Below the pieces are notes generated by a model. That model had not been told where the DNA came from. It did not search any database and worked only from the letters and a program-made list of their open reading frames with translations. A stretch of DNA of 64,000 bases, from the NCBI GenBank assembly GCA_043732185.1, contig JAYTHY010000074.1, forward strand, positions 104,114 to 168,113, in the 5' to 3' direction. Source of the stretch: Fibrobacteria bacterium. Lineage in GTDB: Bacteria > Fibrobacterota > Fibrobacteria > UBA11236. This document shows, in pieces, positions 1 through 9,910 of the stretch. The position numbers and the translations under genes are program-made. Numbering within the stretch: position 1 is the stretch's first letter; every line of letters starts with the position of its first letter.

Positions 1-196
1 AGCTCAATCATAGCGGTTTTTGATTTCCCTCAAGATAAGGAATTATCCCATAAAATTGAGGCAATGATGTTGCATTCGGGCCAAAAAATAGAATCGGGCC
101 GCTCAAGCGTTTTAAGTCTGGCTGGAAGCCTGAGTTCCGCAGGAGATTTCCCGGTTTTGGTACTAAGTTTTATACCATCCAAACTGCCAGGAGCCT

Positions 197-2182
197 ATGA
201 AAACATCCTCGACCAAACGACTCGCCCTCATCGGAGCGTGCTGCTCTTTACTCACTGTTCGTATTAATGCAGCGCTTAACTATGAAGCAGGCTTCTCGGA
301 AATCGAACCTGTGAGCTTCAAACTCCAAATACCTTCCGTATCCACTGCATCCTACACAAGTTCACGCACTCGACTTTTTTACGCCTTTCAACCTGCCGAT
401 GTCGATCAAGCCAACAAGCCGTTAGCTATTTTTTTTAATGGCGGTCCAGGCAGTTCCACCGGTCTTTTGTGGGGATTCAATACCAGCCATATGACCCTGG
501 ATTCGTCGCGCACCGGTGGCAAAGCCATTGCCTCCAACCCTTATACCTGGTCGAGTTTCGCCAACCTGCTTTATGTCGATGCGCGCTGTACTGGCTTTTC
601 CTATGGCATGATGACGAATCCTCAGAACGATGTCGCCCGAGCCGCCGAATTCCATCTCCGGAATTTCAACTCCTATATCGATGGTGCCGATTTTGTGCGA
701 TTGTTGCTGCGTTTTCTGAAAAGTCATCCGGAACTTCGAACCAATCCAGTGGTGGTGGTTGGGGAAAGTTATGGTGGAATCCGGGCGGATGTTATTTTCG
801 ATTTGCTGCTGCGTTATCAGGAGTTCGGAAATGGAAATGAAATTTATCAAGATACGGCATTGGTTAGAGAGATCAAGGAGCATTATGCCTTTGCCTTTCC
901 AACTTTTGTGGGCCAAACCGTGCCGCCTACAACTATTGCCACGCAATTCGGCCACCAAGTCCTCATCCAGCCCGTGATGGCCAGCAGGGCCATGGCCGAT
1001 TCTCAGGCCGGTAACATGTGGGAATTGCCCGGTTCGATCATTTACGATTTAGCCAAGGAAACCGGACGCACATTTACACCCTGCGCCCAAGCGGGATGCA
1101 ATAAGATGAACAACGCCATAGCCTTTGTACAGGCTGCGGGACGGGATTTGTATGCCATTCACAAACCAATGAATTGGGTCAATGGAAATGTGGCCCTGCT
1201 GCCGTTAAGACTCAACGACATTTCAGTTCTGCAAGCGATGACTGTAATCGATCCTCATACAATTACGCAACTCTATGCAACTAGCCGTGCCCAAGCGTAC
1301 CGGGTAAACGCCCTGACTCCACTGGGCGTGACGGAAGCCTGGTTGTCGCAAGGTGGACAGGAAGCCCTTCCCATTGGACCCATGGCCTTGGCCAAATACA
1401 ATGCGTCCATGGTTGCCGCAGAAAGTCTTTCCACTGTATTTGGCCCCTTGCAGGCCTGGGATCGGTACTACATGACCAATCACAACGATTTCGATTTGAC
1501 TTTCTATGGCGCCGATGCCTTCAAATATCAAATCAGCCCCAATAGCAACCTTTTTGGCGAAAGGGCGCTTCGGAATATGTACTACATCAAAACCTTCATC
1601 ACCAATGCCAGAAATGACATGGTCTGCTATGCACCCGCCTTGAAACCCGTGTTCTTAAAATTTCCATCCCTGGTGTCCGGAGTTGTGATTGATACCGTTC
1701 AACCCGTCACCGAAACGCGGCGCGGCGAAATGCGATTAGCGTATCAGGCCGGTGTTTTCGGAGAAAAACTTCCCGCGCAAACCCGCACCATCCGGTTTCC
1801 CTATTACGCCAATTCCGGCCATGCGGTTTCCCTTTTCCAGCCACAAGAACTGATGCAAGATGTCAAGGCCTGGCTGACTCAAAGCATCATTGTCGGCAAT
1901 GGTCCATCGGATCACAGCGGAACAAAGCAGAATATCAACTTTACTTTTTCTGCGCAAGATGGAAACCTGAGAACCTGGGTTCATTCTGAAAGAGCACAAC
2001 ACATTCGACTCGATCTTTTTCAAAAGGACGGGAAAAAGGTGGCTACGCTTTTCTCCGGCTCCATTTCATCTGGATCGACAGAAGTCCATGCGCCTTTGCA
2101 GATTCTCGGTGCAGGGGAATACCTTGCAGTGCTCAGCGGCGAAGGCAACGCGCGTGTTACCCGCTTATTGGCCTTACCATAG
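197..2182 (+). CDS. Secreted serine carboxypeptidase (peptidase S10-like) with C-terminal secretion (CTD-like) tail
   Basis: N-terminal signal peptide; S10 motifs FFNGGPGSS, NLLYVD...GFSY, nucleophile GESYGG, C-terminal GHAV; last ~80 aa (LDLFQKDGKKVATLFSG...GAGEYLAVL) resemble a T9SS/FlgD-Ig-like sorting domain. Confidence 0.8.
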   Translation: MKTSSTKRLALIGACCSLLTVRINAALNYEAGFSEIEPVSFKLQIPSVSTASYTSSRTRLFYAFQPADVDQANKPLAIFFNGGPGSSTGLLWGFNTSHMTLDSSRTGGKAIASNPYTWSSFANLLYVDARCTGFSYGMMTNPQNDVARAAEFHLRNFNSYIDGADFVRLLLRFLKSHPELRTNPVVVVGESYGGIRADVIFDLLLRYQEFGNGNEIYQDTALVREIKEHYAFAFPTFVGQTVPPTTIATQFGHQVLIQPVMASRAMADSQAGNMWELPGSIIYDLAKETGRTFTPCAQAGCNKMNNAIAFVQAAGRDLYAIHKPMNWVNGNVALLPLRLNDISVLQAMTVIDPHTITQLYATSRAQAYRVNALTPLGVTEAWLSQGGQEALPIGPMALAKYNASMVAAESLSTVFGPLQAWDRYYMTNHNDFDLTFYGADAFKYQISPNSNLFGERALRNMYYIKTFITNARNDMVCYAPALKPVFLKFPSLVSGVVIDTVQPVTETRRGEMRLAYQAGVFGEKLPAQTRTIRFPYYANSGHAVSLFQPQELMQDVKAWLTQSIIVGNGPSDHSGTKQNINFTFSAQDGNLRTWVHSERAQHIRLDLFQKDGKKVATLFSGSISSGSTEVHAPLQILGAGEYLAVLSGEGNARVTRLLALP

Positions 2183-2235
2183 CGGGAGCAGTATATTGAA
2201 ATACGCGTCAAATGAATTCAAGGGGACTCGATCCA

Positions 2236-3480
2236 ATGCAAAATCTTTTCGCCACACTTTTCGCCGTGCCCGTAAGTCTTTTATTAACCGGCGCACCCGC
2301 GGCTACAGTGATTCCGCCCTCTGATACCAACTTCTTAAACGGCCTTTCCCCCTTGAACTGGGTTCGCAACTCCGCCTACGTCTGTACTCCCGTCGGAGGG
2401 GCTTCCTTAAAGATCGGATTTACGGGAACGCGCCAAGTCACGTTGAATGTGGATACCAAGCATATTAAAACCAGCGCAGCCGGACGGTATCCGATTTTGG
2501 CCTGGTCCGTAAACGGGAGTGCGCCTCAATCGCATCAGCTCGTCCTCAATGAGACCTCCATACAACTGACTACTAATGCCACTAATCCCATCATCGATTT
2601 GTATTGTAAAGGGTTTTCTCCCTTTGAAAACCGGTGGTTGGGAGACATTCCGGAAAATTCCGTAAAAATCACCGGGTTCACGGTGGACAGTGGCGGAGCA
2701 ACGGTGGTCCTTCCCTTGCCTACTAAGGTGTGGATGAATATCGGCAATTCCATTGAGGCAGGAGATGCCGCGGCTTACGGTGCTGGACAGGGTAGGCCGC
2801 CGGATGATTTATGGGCAGCCTCGGACGATGCGCGGAAAAGCTACGGTTACCTTTTGGCAAACCACTATGGATACAGTGAAGTTCGCTTAGCCTATGGCGG
2901 ATGGAATTGGGGTGGAGGGATTGCCATTCCAGGCTTGAGTCCAGTTATAGACAATATTACCAGTACCGTGAGCCGCTTAACGACCTCACTTTTCAATCCG
3001 ATTCCCGATATCATACTGATCAACCTTGGTGAAAATGGTGTACCCATTAGCACTGATGTTACCGGCGCTTTGACCAAACTCCGCAGCCGCGTCAATGCTG
3101 CAACCAAAATCATCGTCATGGTCCCCGTATCCGGCAAGGCGCGTGCCGTCCTTACAGCGGCATTTAACACTTATAAGAGTGGAGCCAATGACATGAATGC
3201 CTATCTCGTAGACTTGGGAAGTATCACTTTTGCAACGGCCGATGGCGTACACCCAACAGGCGTGGGCCATCTCTCAATTTACAATGCTGCCTTACCCGCC
3301 TTGAATACCCTTATACCAACAACACACATTAGGGGCGAAGCGAAAAGGGATATAAATCGAAGCGTTCAAAGCGAAATTTCTTTTGGAAAATCCTCCGCGC
3401 AATACTCTGTCACATTTTCCAAGGCTTCGGGTATTTTAAAAGTCTATTCTCTAGCTGGAAAGCAGAGACAATCGAAATAG
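2236..3480 (+). CDS. Secreted SGNH/GDSL esterase (CE2-like architecture)
   Basis: Signal peptide; block I IGNSIEAG, block III NLGENG, block V DGVHP; beta-rich N-terminal domain; short VYSLAGK tail. Start at ATG 2236 (AGGGG upstream) or 2212. Confidence 0.7.
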   Translation: MQNLFATLFAVPVSLLLTGAPAATVIPPSDTNFLNGLSPLNWVRNSAYVCTPVGGASLKIGFTGTRQVTLNVDTKHIKTSAAGRYPILAWSVNGSAPQSHQLVLNETSIQLTTNATNPIIDLYCKGFSPFENRWLGDIPENSVKITGFTVDSGGATVVLPLPTKVWMNIGNSIEAGDAAAYGAGQGRPPDDLWAASDDARKSYGYLLANHYGYSEVRLAYGGWNWGGGIAIPGLSPVIDNITSTVSRLTTSLFNPIPDIILINLGENGVPISTDVTGALTKLRSRVNAATKIIVMVPVSGKARAVLTAAFNTYKSGANDMNAYLVDLGSITFATADGVHPTGVGHLSIYNAALPALNTLIPTTHIRGEAKRDINRSVQSEISFGKSSAQYSVTFSKASGILKVYSLAGKQRQSK

Positions 3481-3498
3481 TAACTCGGCCAAAAAAAA

Positions 3499-4896
3499 TC
3501 AGGACAGCTGCTTTGGGAATATCAACGTAACTTCTGTTCCCGTGCTGACCTGACTGGTCATACTGATACTTCCGCCATGCGCTTCCATAATTCTTTTGCA
3601 CAAGCTCAGTCCTAGTCCATAGCCACCCGTTTCCCGTGATCTGGAAGGGTCTACTCGGTAAAACGGTTGAAATAGTTTTGGTATTTCTTCGCTAGGAATT
3701 CCTGTGCCATGATCTCGAACCCTAACTGTAACTGAATGTTCGTTCGCCAAAATGCGGATTTCTATTGGCGCGTTTTGCCCTTGTGAAAACTTACAGGCAT
3801 TGTCCAGCACATTGGTCATGACTTTTCTGATTCGACTCGCATCGACATGGACCCGCAATCCTGCTGTCTCTACTTGCCTCTCGGGCATACCCAGGCCCAG
3901 GCCCATGTCCATGCCGATGCCCATGAGCATGGCCCCGGGAGGCCGTCCACTCAGCTCTTTTATGGACTCACATACCATATCGCCTAGATCGATTTCTTCC
4001 AATTGCAGCTTTCCATGCACGCTGTCCAACCGCGCTGCCTCCAGGATTTCGCCGATCATGGTTTCCATTTCGCGAATGTCTTCGCGTATGCTGTCAGTAT
4101 TCGTGCCCTCCGGGGTCAATTCCAACGCAACCTTGATACGCGTCAATGGTGAGCGGAGTTCATGGCTGACGTCCAACAGGAGTTGCTCCCTAGCCTTGAC
4201 CAGCGCTGCCAAACGGCTGGACATAGTATTGAATGATTTGGCCAAATCTCCGAATTCATCGTGACTGCAAACCGGTACCTGATGGCCCAAATCACCTTGG
4301 CCCAATCTGTCTACGGCTGCAGAAAGGCTTTTAAGAGGAGACAACAATCGGCGGATGGCAAAAAAAGCACCAGCCAAAACTACGGAGAGAATCAGGATGA
4401 CCAGTGCCAGATAGGCAACATGGTTTTCCATCAAATGGCGAAAATCCGGTACGAACAGAAACTGTCCTTGACCCTTGGAAACATTGACGCAAAACTTTCC
4501 TCGACACCAGCCTACCTTGCCCATTTCCCCAGCTGGCAACAACTCGCGTCTATCCGTTTTGAATGCCGATTCCGAATGAACCTTATCCTGAAGTTTTTCC
4601 TTTCCAAGTTCCGGCCGTGAATCCCAAATTCCCTCCGGTCCCTCGTAGCGAATACGCAAAGAATATTTTTCCGATAAGAGTCGGGCTTTAGCCGTATCCG
4701 GTGGTGACCCGATTTCTGCGGCCAGGAATTGGGCGTAATGGCCGACATTTTTTTCCATCGCCGCATGGGCTTGCCCGGAAAACAACAATCGATAGAATCC
4801 GCCCACGGTGAAATCAACCAAGCATCCCGTGGCCACCAAGACCAGGAAAAGCTTGGGCATCAGGGAATGACCCTTGCGTCTAGACTGCTTGCGCAT
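3499..4896 (-). CDS. HAMP-domain sensor histidine kinase (CpxA-like)
   Basis: Two TM segments, HAMP, H-box DVSHELRSPL, N-box NVLDNACKF, D/F/G boxes DHGTGI...FQPFYR...GYGLGL; start uncertain (4896 or 4860). Confidence 0.92.
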   Translation of the reverse strand: MRKQSRRKGHSLMPKLFLVLVATGCLVDFTVGGFYRLLFSGQAHAAMEKNVGHYAQFLAAEIGSPPDTAKARLLSEKYSLRIRYEGPEGIWDSRPELGKEKLQDKVHSESAFKTDRRELLPAGEMGKVGWCRGKFCVNVSKGQGQFLFVPDFRHLMENHVAYLALVILILSVVLAGAFFAIRRLLSPLKSLSAAVDRLGQGDLGHQVPVCSHDEFGDLAKSFNTMSSRLAALVKAREQLLLDVSHELRSPLTRIKVALELTPEGTNTDSIREDIREMETMIGEILEAARLDSVHGKLQLEEIDLGDMVCESIKELSGRPPGAMLMGIGMDMGLGLGMPERQVETAGLRVHVDASRIRKVMTNVLDNACKFSQGQNAPIEIRILANEHSVTVRVRDHGTGIPSEEIPKLFQPFYRVDPSRSRETGGYGLGLSLCKRIMEAHGGSISMTSQVSTGTEVTLIFPKQLS

Positions 4897-5587
4897 CGTC
4901 CACGCTCTCCTCATCGCCTATATACATATACCCGGACCCGCGCACGGTTTTAAGAAAAGCGGGATGGCGTGGATCATCCGAAAGTTTTTGCCGCAATCGG
5001 CTGATGAGCACATCGATGGAACGGTTGTAAGGCTCCCATTCCAATCCCTTGGTTCTATCTAATATGTGATCTCGATCCATGACCTTGCCGGGGCTACGCG
5101 CAAAAAGCGCCAGCACTTCGAACTCCATCGCGGTGAGGTCGATCGATTTACCTGCCAGGAGAGCTTCCTTACGTCGGAAATCGAGTTCCAGTCTTCCATG
5201 TTTTAGTCTGTCAGGGGGCTCGCTGCCATTTCCACGCCGCAGCACCGTTTGGATTCGGGCCACCAGTTCTCGTGGTTCAAAGGGTTTGGGTAGGTAATCG
5301 TCCGCACCCAGCTCTAATCCCAGAACCCGGTCCGCCACTTCTCCCCGTGCCGTAAGCATAATGATAGGCACAGTAAAATCCCGCCTAATCTCCTTGCACA
5401 TTTCAAAGCCATCCCGACCCGGTAACATCACGTCCAAAATCACCATATCCGGAATCTCGCGGCGCATAAAGCGAATGGCCTCATCAGGATGGGCCACAGC
5501 CACGACTTTAAAGCCGAACTTTTCCAGATAATCGGTGAGCAGTCGGCCCAGCTTGCGATCATCATCCAGTATGAGCACGGTTTTCAT
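4880..5587 (-). CDS. OmpR/CpxR-family response regulator
   Basis: MKTVLILDDD, LDVMLP, LTARG, GADDYLPKPF, winged-helix tail RSIDVLISRLRQKL...TVRGSGY; ATG at 5587. Confidence 0.95.
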   Translation of the reverse strand: MKTVLILDDDRKLGRLLTDYLEKFGFKVVAVAHPDEAIRFMRREIPDMVILDVMLPGRDGFEMCKEIRRDFTVPIIMLTARGEVADRVLGLELGADDYLPKPFEPRELVARIQTVLRRGNGSEPPDRLKHGRLELDFRRKEALLAGKSIDLTAMEFEVLALFARSPGKVMDRDHILDRTKGLEWEPYNRSIDVLISRLRQKLSDDPRHPAFLKTVRGSGYMYIGDEESVDDAQAV

Positions 5588-5660
5588 AGTTGCCATCCTT
5601 GGTCGGGAACCGCGCATGGCACGACTCCCGACATGTTCGGAAAGGTAGAGCATCGAAGCC

Positions 5661-6107
5661 TTAGCGGCAATACTCCTGAAGCTTGCCGGCCAGCTTTTCC
5701 CGCTGCGAGGCGTCCAGCATGGCATGGAACTCGGCAAATTCAACGATGAGAAAACCTCTGAGATCCTTCATCTTGGCCTCGCGTTCCTCAAAACTCTGGT
5801 TCAGCTTTCCCTGATCCACCGTTTCGGATCGCAATTGAGTCAAGAACACATCTTGCAGCCCAGCATGCACCGCACTGAACTCGCCTTTGCGGGCGAGAAT
5901 ATCGTTCTTGATTTTATCCAGCTTGGCTTTTTGCGCATCAGTCAAATCCAGCTCCTTGCCAATCCGCTTGGTGATATGCTCGGCCCGCTTTTCAGGTGAA
6001 GAGCGCATGCAAAAGCCACCATGCCCGTGACAACCGGATAGAAACAAAGCGCCTGCGGTTATAGCCAGCAAGGGAAAAGCGATTTTGGAAATTCTTCGTA
6101 GTAACAT
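5661..6107 (-). CDS. Spy/CpxP-family periplasmic protein (probable lipoprotein)
   Basis: Signal with LSGC lipobox, LDLTDAQK and LDASQREK (LTxxQ-like) repeats, upstream of RR-HK pair; GGAG before ATG 6107. Confidence 0.8.
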   Translation of the reverse strand: MLLRRISKIAFPLLAITAGALFLSGCHGHGGFCMRSSPEKRAEHITKRIGKELDLTDAQKAKLDKIKNDILARKGEFSAVHAGLQDVFLTQLRSETVDQGKLNQSFEEREAKMKDLRGFLIVEFAEFHAMLDASQREKLAGKLQEYCR

Positions 6108-6211
6108 TAGGTCTCCTTGGTTTGTCCCGACTACCTGCCGGGGGAAACGGCACTTTGCCGTCGTTGAGTAGAGAAGATACTGGGCTAAAGTAAGCGGCTT
6201 ATGTTTGTTCC

Positions 6212-6226
6212 GTAACAAAGTGTAAC
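6212..6226. promoter_or_regulatory. CpxR-box-like direct repeat GTAAC-N5-GTAAC
   Basis: gtaac aaagt gtaac in the divergent spacer between the spy-like gene and rhomboid gene; matches spacing of the CpxR consensus GTAAA-N5-GTAAA. Confidence 0.55.
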
Positions 6227-6255
6227 CAAAGCGTTGATTACTACCTTAAAGAACC

Positions 6256-6858
6256 ATGCTGACCTATATCCTAATCGGCCTAAACGTAGGTATTTCGCTA
6301 TGGGCCTTTTCCGCCATGCGCAAACCGGGTTCTGCCAAGTCTTATCTTTTTATTCCGTATGAGGTCGCGCAAGGCCGCAATCTTTTGGGTGTGCTGCTTT
6401 CCAATTTCTCCCATGCGGATGCCTGGCATATTATTTTCAACATGCTGACTCTATTTTATTTCGGTCCCGTTGTCGAGCATTTCCTTGGTCCCAAGATGCT
6501 TGTAGTCTATGGCCTTTCGGGCATTGCTGCACTGCTGCTCATCTTCCTCCTACGCCGCAACAATCCCCAATACCGGGTGCTAGGCGCCAGTGGATCGATT
6601 ACGGGAATATTGTTTGCCGCCATCGTACTCAAACCGGAAATGAGTATTTATTTCATGGTGCTGCCTATTCCCATACCCGCACCAGTATTCGCCCTTAGCT
6701 ACATCGCTTATTCGACATTTCTCCTGGATAGGCAGGTTGGCAATGTCTCCCATGAAGCCCATATCGGCGGCGCCGTAACCGGTTTCTTATCCGCCGGACT
6801 CCTTTCCTCTTACGGCTTCAGCCAAGTTGTCGAGCGCATTCATCGACTTTTGCCTTGA
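6256..6858 (+). CDS. Rhomboid-family intramembrane serine protease
   Basis: HADAWHIIFNM, catalytic GASG, AHIGG; multiple TM helices. Confidence 0.93.
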   Translation: MLTYILIGLNVGISLWAFSAMRKPGSAKSYLFIPYEVAQGRNLLGVLLSNFSHADAWHIIFNMLTLFYFGPVVEHFLGPKMLVVYGLSGIAALLLIFLLRRNNPQYRVLGASGSITGILFAAIVLKPEMSIYFMVLPIPIPAPVFALSYIAYSTFLLDRQVGNVSHEAHIGGAVTGFLSAGLLSSYGFSQVVERIHRLLP

Positions 6859-7538
6859 ACAGCCCTTCCCACCCCATTAGCCCTTGGAAAGAGACGCTCG
6901 CCGCTGGCCGCGCCAATCTCATTCCTGGTTTGGCCCTGCAATCTTTTGCTTTGGCTCTAGTCTTGGCATACTATTTTCATCCACCAACTCATGCGCTGCT
7001 GGAGGTCCTGGCCGCGTTTAAATCCCGGCTAGGACTGCGCTACAGCTCCATTGCCACTGCCTTGGCCGGTGGGGTTATACCCTCGCTGTTCCTATGGATC
7101 AATCCCCGTACCCGTGCTGTTACCCCATTTTCCCACATGCTTTTCTTCACCCTTTTCTGGGCGTATAAAGGAATCGAAGTGGATTTGATGTATCGGCTTC
7201 AGGCTTGGATGTTTGGCGTGGAACCCTCATTTTGGGTGATTCTTAAAAAGGTATTGGTGGATGAGTTCGTCTTTACTGCTTTTTATTTCGCTCCAGCAGC
7301 CCTTTGTATTTTCCACTGGAAAGAATCAGGGTTTCCTTTTACCGGGCTCAAGGACTTCGGCTGGGTGTCTTTTCTGAAACGAAACTTGCCTAAAGCGCTG
7401 TTAACCACATGGGTCGTATGGCTTCCCGCTGTGGCCATTATTTACAGTTTACCAGCGCCATTGCAGATGCCGCTTTTCAATATCGTGCTGTGTTTCTTTT
7501 CCCTGATTTATATCACCCTAACTCGAAAGCAAGCCTAG
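6855..7538 (+). CDS. Integral membrane protein, Mpv17/PMP22-like
   Basis: Several TM helices; KVLVDEFVF and W-VVWLPA...YSLP...Q pattern resemble Mpv17/PMP22; 4-bp overlap with rhomboid. Confidence 0.55.
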   Translation: MNSPSHPISPWKETLAAGRANLIPGLALQSFALALVLAYYFHPPTHALLEVLAAFKSRLGLRYSSIATALAGGVIPSLFLWINPRTRAVTPFSHMLFFTLFWAYKGIEVDLMYRLQAWMFGVEPSFWVILKKVLVDEFVFTAFYFAPAALCIFHWKESGFPFTGLKDFGWVSFLKRNLPKALLTTWVVWLPAVAIIYSLPAPLQMPLFNIVLCFFSLIYITLTRKQA

Positions 7539-7572
7539 CCCCGACTCAGCCTGGGTTAGGCGACGCTCAAGC

Positions 7573-8268
7573 TCAGGTCCGCTCAAATAAAACGGAATTT
7601 CCCACTTTACCCACCGGCCGCAAAATGTCCATGCGGACCAGGCAATAAGTCATTCTGGCAATGCGAAAATACGGCTGCTTTAAAGCTGTGGCAATTTCCC
7701 GGTTTGTGGAAGGACCAGTCCAGTCCTTCGGAAGCAGTCGCAGAAAGTCCCGACCCGTCTCGAACAATTCCCGACTGGTTACTTCCAAAAGCAGGTGATC
7801 TTTGATGCTGGTTCCCTTGCGACGCCAGCTTCCTTTGCCGTCTTCGCAGCGCAGTTCTTCTTCCTTAATCAGCACCACTTCCACTGAAAAATTGGGATCC
7901 AGTATGAGCTGCGGAAAGCTGACCAACTCATCGAAAAGGTCGTAGAGACTTCCCCGCTTGGGCGATTTGCGGCGACTCAAAAAGGTGGTTCCATCCTTGG
8001 CCAGTTTGGTGATCCATTTTTCCACGGCTACGGGATGGACAATACGCACGGGCCGATCTGGAAGCAATACTTGTAGTTTGCGTTTCAAGCTGGAAAAACT
8101 GCCAGTTTGTATTTCAATGATTTGCTCACCTCTGCGGATATCCACCCAGTATCCGCCGACTTTTTCCTCTACACAATCCCCAGGTTCGGTATACAACCGT
8201 TTCAGGTTGGCATGCATAGAGCGTTCGCGTAGGGTGCCAATCAAAAAGTCGCTTCCAGGAAGGCTCAT
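7573..8268 (-). CDS. Conserved hypothetical protein, possible PD-(D/E)XK nuclease-like fold
   Basis: E..H..LK, E-KVGGYWVDI...IIEIQT pattern; basic C-terminal helical region. Confidence 0.5.
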   Translation of the reverse strand: MSLPGSDFLIGTLRERSMHANLKRLYTEPGDCVEEKVGGYWVDIRRGEQIIEIQTGSFSSLKRKLQVLLPDRPVRIVHPVAVEKWITKLAKDGTTFLSRRKSPKRGSLYDLFDELVSFPQLILDPNFSVEVVLIKEEELRCEDGKGSWRRKGTSIKDHLLLEVTSRELFETGRDFLRLLPKDWTGPSTNREIATALKQPYFRIARMTYCLVRMDILRPVGKVGNSVLFERT

Positions 8269-8430
8269 GAGCCGAATAATAGCATTGTAGTGGCTACCTC
8301 ATCAGATGTATGGAGACGTTGGCAATTTATTTTAGTTGACCGTGTTTTCTAGCCGCCCGTATACTTGATAGTACTAGCAAAGGCCAGTATTTGCAGGCCA
8401 TGGAACATACTTTTTTGGAGATCAAGACCC

Positions 8431-9051
8431 ATGTCCGAAAAGTATAATGTCAGACTGAATTACATCTCCAACTTGTTTTTAAAGTGCACGGTAGCCCTGA
8501 TTTCCGGCGCCTTACTTTCTTCACTACTCGCCTGGTTTATTTATGGCGGACTGGAATCGCCATCATATGGGGCGGCAATAACCCAGATGGATCGAATACG
8601 AGTTGGCTTGTTCAGGGTAACGCTTTTTTGCGCAGTTGCGCAAGTATTCTTGGCCATCGCTCTGCTATGGATTATCGGCATTTACGCATCAAATAAAATA
8701 GCCGGGCCGCTGATCCGCTTTGAGAAATGCTTGAAAAATCTTGGCGAGGGAAACCTGTTCCAGTCCATCCAATTTAGAATCGGCGATCAGGATCAACGCT
8801 TGCCCTTGGCCTTGCAGGCGACCTGTTCGCGGCTACGCGAGAGGATTAGGCGGGGAAAGGATAGCGCCGATGCGCTTGGCGAATTGAGCGAGCAACTTGC
8901 AAAGGAAAGCGACCCAAACCTTTCCGAAGAAGAGATAAAAATAGCACGGTCTATTCTAGCCAGTCACAGCGATCAATTAAAAAAAATAGGGGTCCTCGCA
9001 GCCTATTCCAAAGAAGATCCTGAGGGGTTGGAAGCAAAAGTCCATGCATAA
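8431..9051 (+). CDS. Two-TM HAMP-domain membrane protein (truncated chemoreceptor-like)
   Basis: Two hydrophobic helices then SNKIAGPLIRFEK...LGEGNL HAMP signature and a short coiled coil; no MCP signalling domain; GGAG before ATG 8431. Confidence 0.65.
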   Translation: MSEKYNVRLNYISNLFLKCTVALISGALLSSLLAWFIYGGLESPSYGAAITQMDRIRVGLFRVTLFCAVAQVFLAIALLWIIGIYASNKIAGPLIRFEKCLKNLGEGNLFQSIQFRIGDQDQRLPLALQATCSRLRERIRRGKDSADALGELSEQLAKESDPNLSEEEIKIARSILASHSDQLKKIGVLAAYSKEDPEGLEAKVHA

Positions 9052-9910
9052 AATCGGAGCCGTGGGGATTTTGCTTTTGTTCGCGCTGGTTACTTTTTAT
9101 GCGTTTCTCTTTGCAGGCTCGGACAACGCCCCAAAATCTCCCCACCGCGGCGAGTCCCAATGCCGAAATTGTCACCTGGGAAAAGCACCCGATGGAGCAA
9201 ATGGATCACGCGTCACACTGGTTAAGGATGTGGATTTGATCTGCAAGTCCTGTCACGACACCAAGGAAGGCTTGTCCCATCCATCTGGTGTCAAGATGGA
9301 TTGGCCCGCTCCGGACAGCCTGCCGCTCGATTGGGCCGGTAGACTGACCTGCACCACTTGCCACTATATGCATGATGAAGGAAAGGAAGATAAAACCGGG
9401 TACAGGATCCGGACTCAAACGATTGGCAGGGAATTTTGTGAAACGTGTCATTCGGAATTCAAGGACCTGGTAGGTGGCAAACACAGGCAATTTCTGGACA
9501 AGTCGCATCTGGAAGCGCCCGATTCGGCCAAAACGGATCATTCGGTGCTGGACCACTTGTCTCAAGAATGTCTTGGCTGTCATGTGGGACGCATCGAACA
9601 AAGTTTTTCAATGGAAACCCAGCGGAACATCACCATCTTTCAGCATGGGCAAATACAAAGCACCCATCCCATTGCGGTACCCTATCCTCCCCTATCCACC
9701 GGCGACCTGAAGTTCAACCCGGTTGGAGATCTCGATAAAAGAATCAACCTGTATAATGGCAAGATTGGTTGCGGTACGTGCCATGAGCCATTTTCAAACA
9801 AAACTTCCGGCCTCGTTATGGAAAACAAGGAAGATGAGCTCTGTTTACAATGCCATTTGATGAATCGTAAACGATCCGGCCTCCCGAAAAGGGAAGTGAG
9901 GTACCCATGA
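9044..9910 (+). CDS. Heptaheme cytochrome c
   Basis: Signal/anchor helix and seven CxxCH motifs (CRNCH, CKSCH, CTTCH, CETCH, CLGCH, CGTCH, CLQCH) with SHP/THP distal-His motifs. Confidence 0.9.
   Translation: MHKIGAVGILLLFALVTFYAFLFAGSDNAPKSPHRGESQCRNCHLGKAPDGANGSRVTLVKDVDLICKSCHDTKEGLSHPSGVKMDWPAPDSLPLDWAGRLTCTTCHYMHDEGKEDKTGYRIRTQTIGREFCETCHSEFKDLVGGKHRQFLDKSHLEAPDSAKTDHSVLDHLSQECLGCHVGRIEQSFSMETQRNITIFQHGQIQSTHPIAVPYPPLSTGDLKFNPVGDLDKRINLYNGKIGCGTCHEPFSNKTSGLVMENKEDELCLQCHLMNRKRSGLPKREVRYP

Noticed and set aside
7533..7561. Hairpin between convergent genes
   Set aside because: No U tract on either strand, so too weak to call a terminator.
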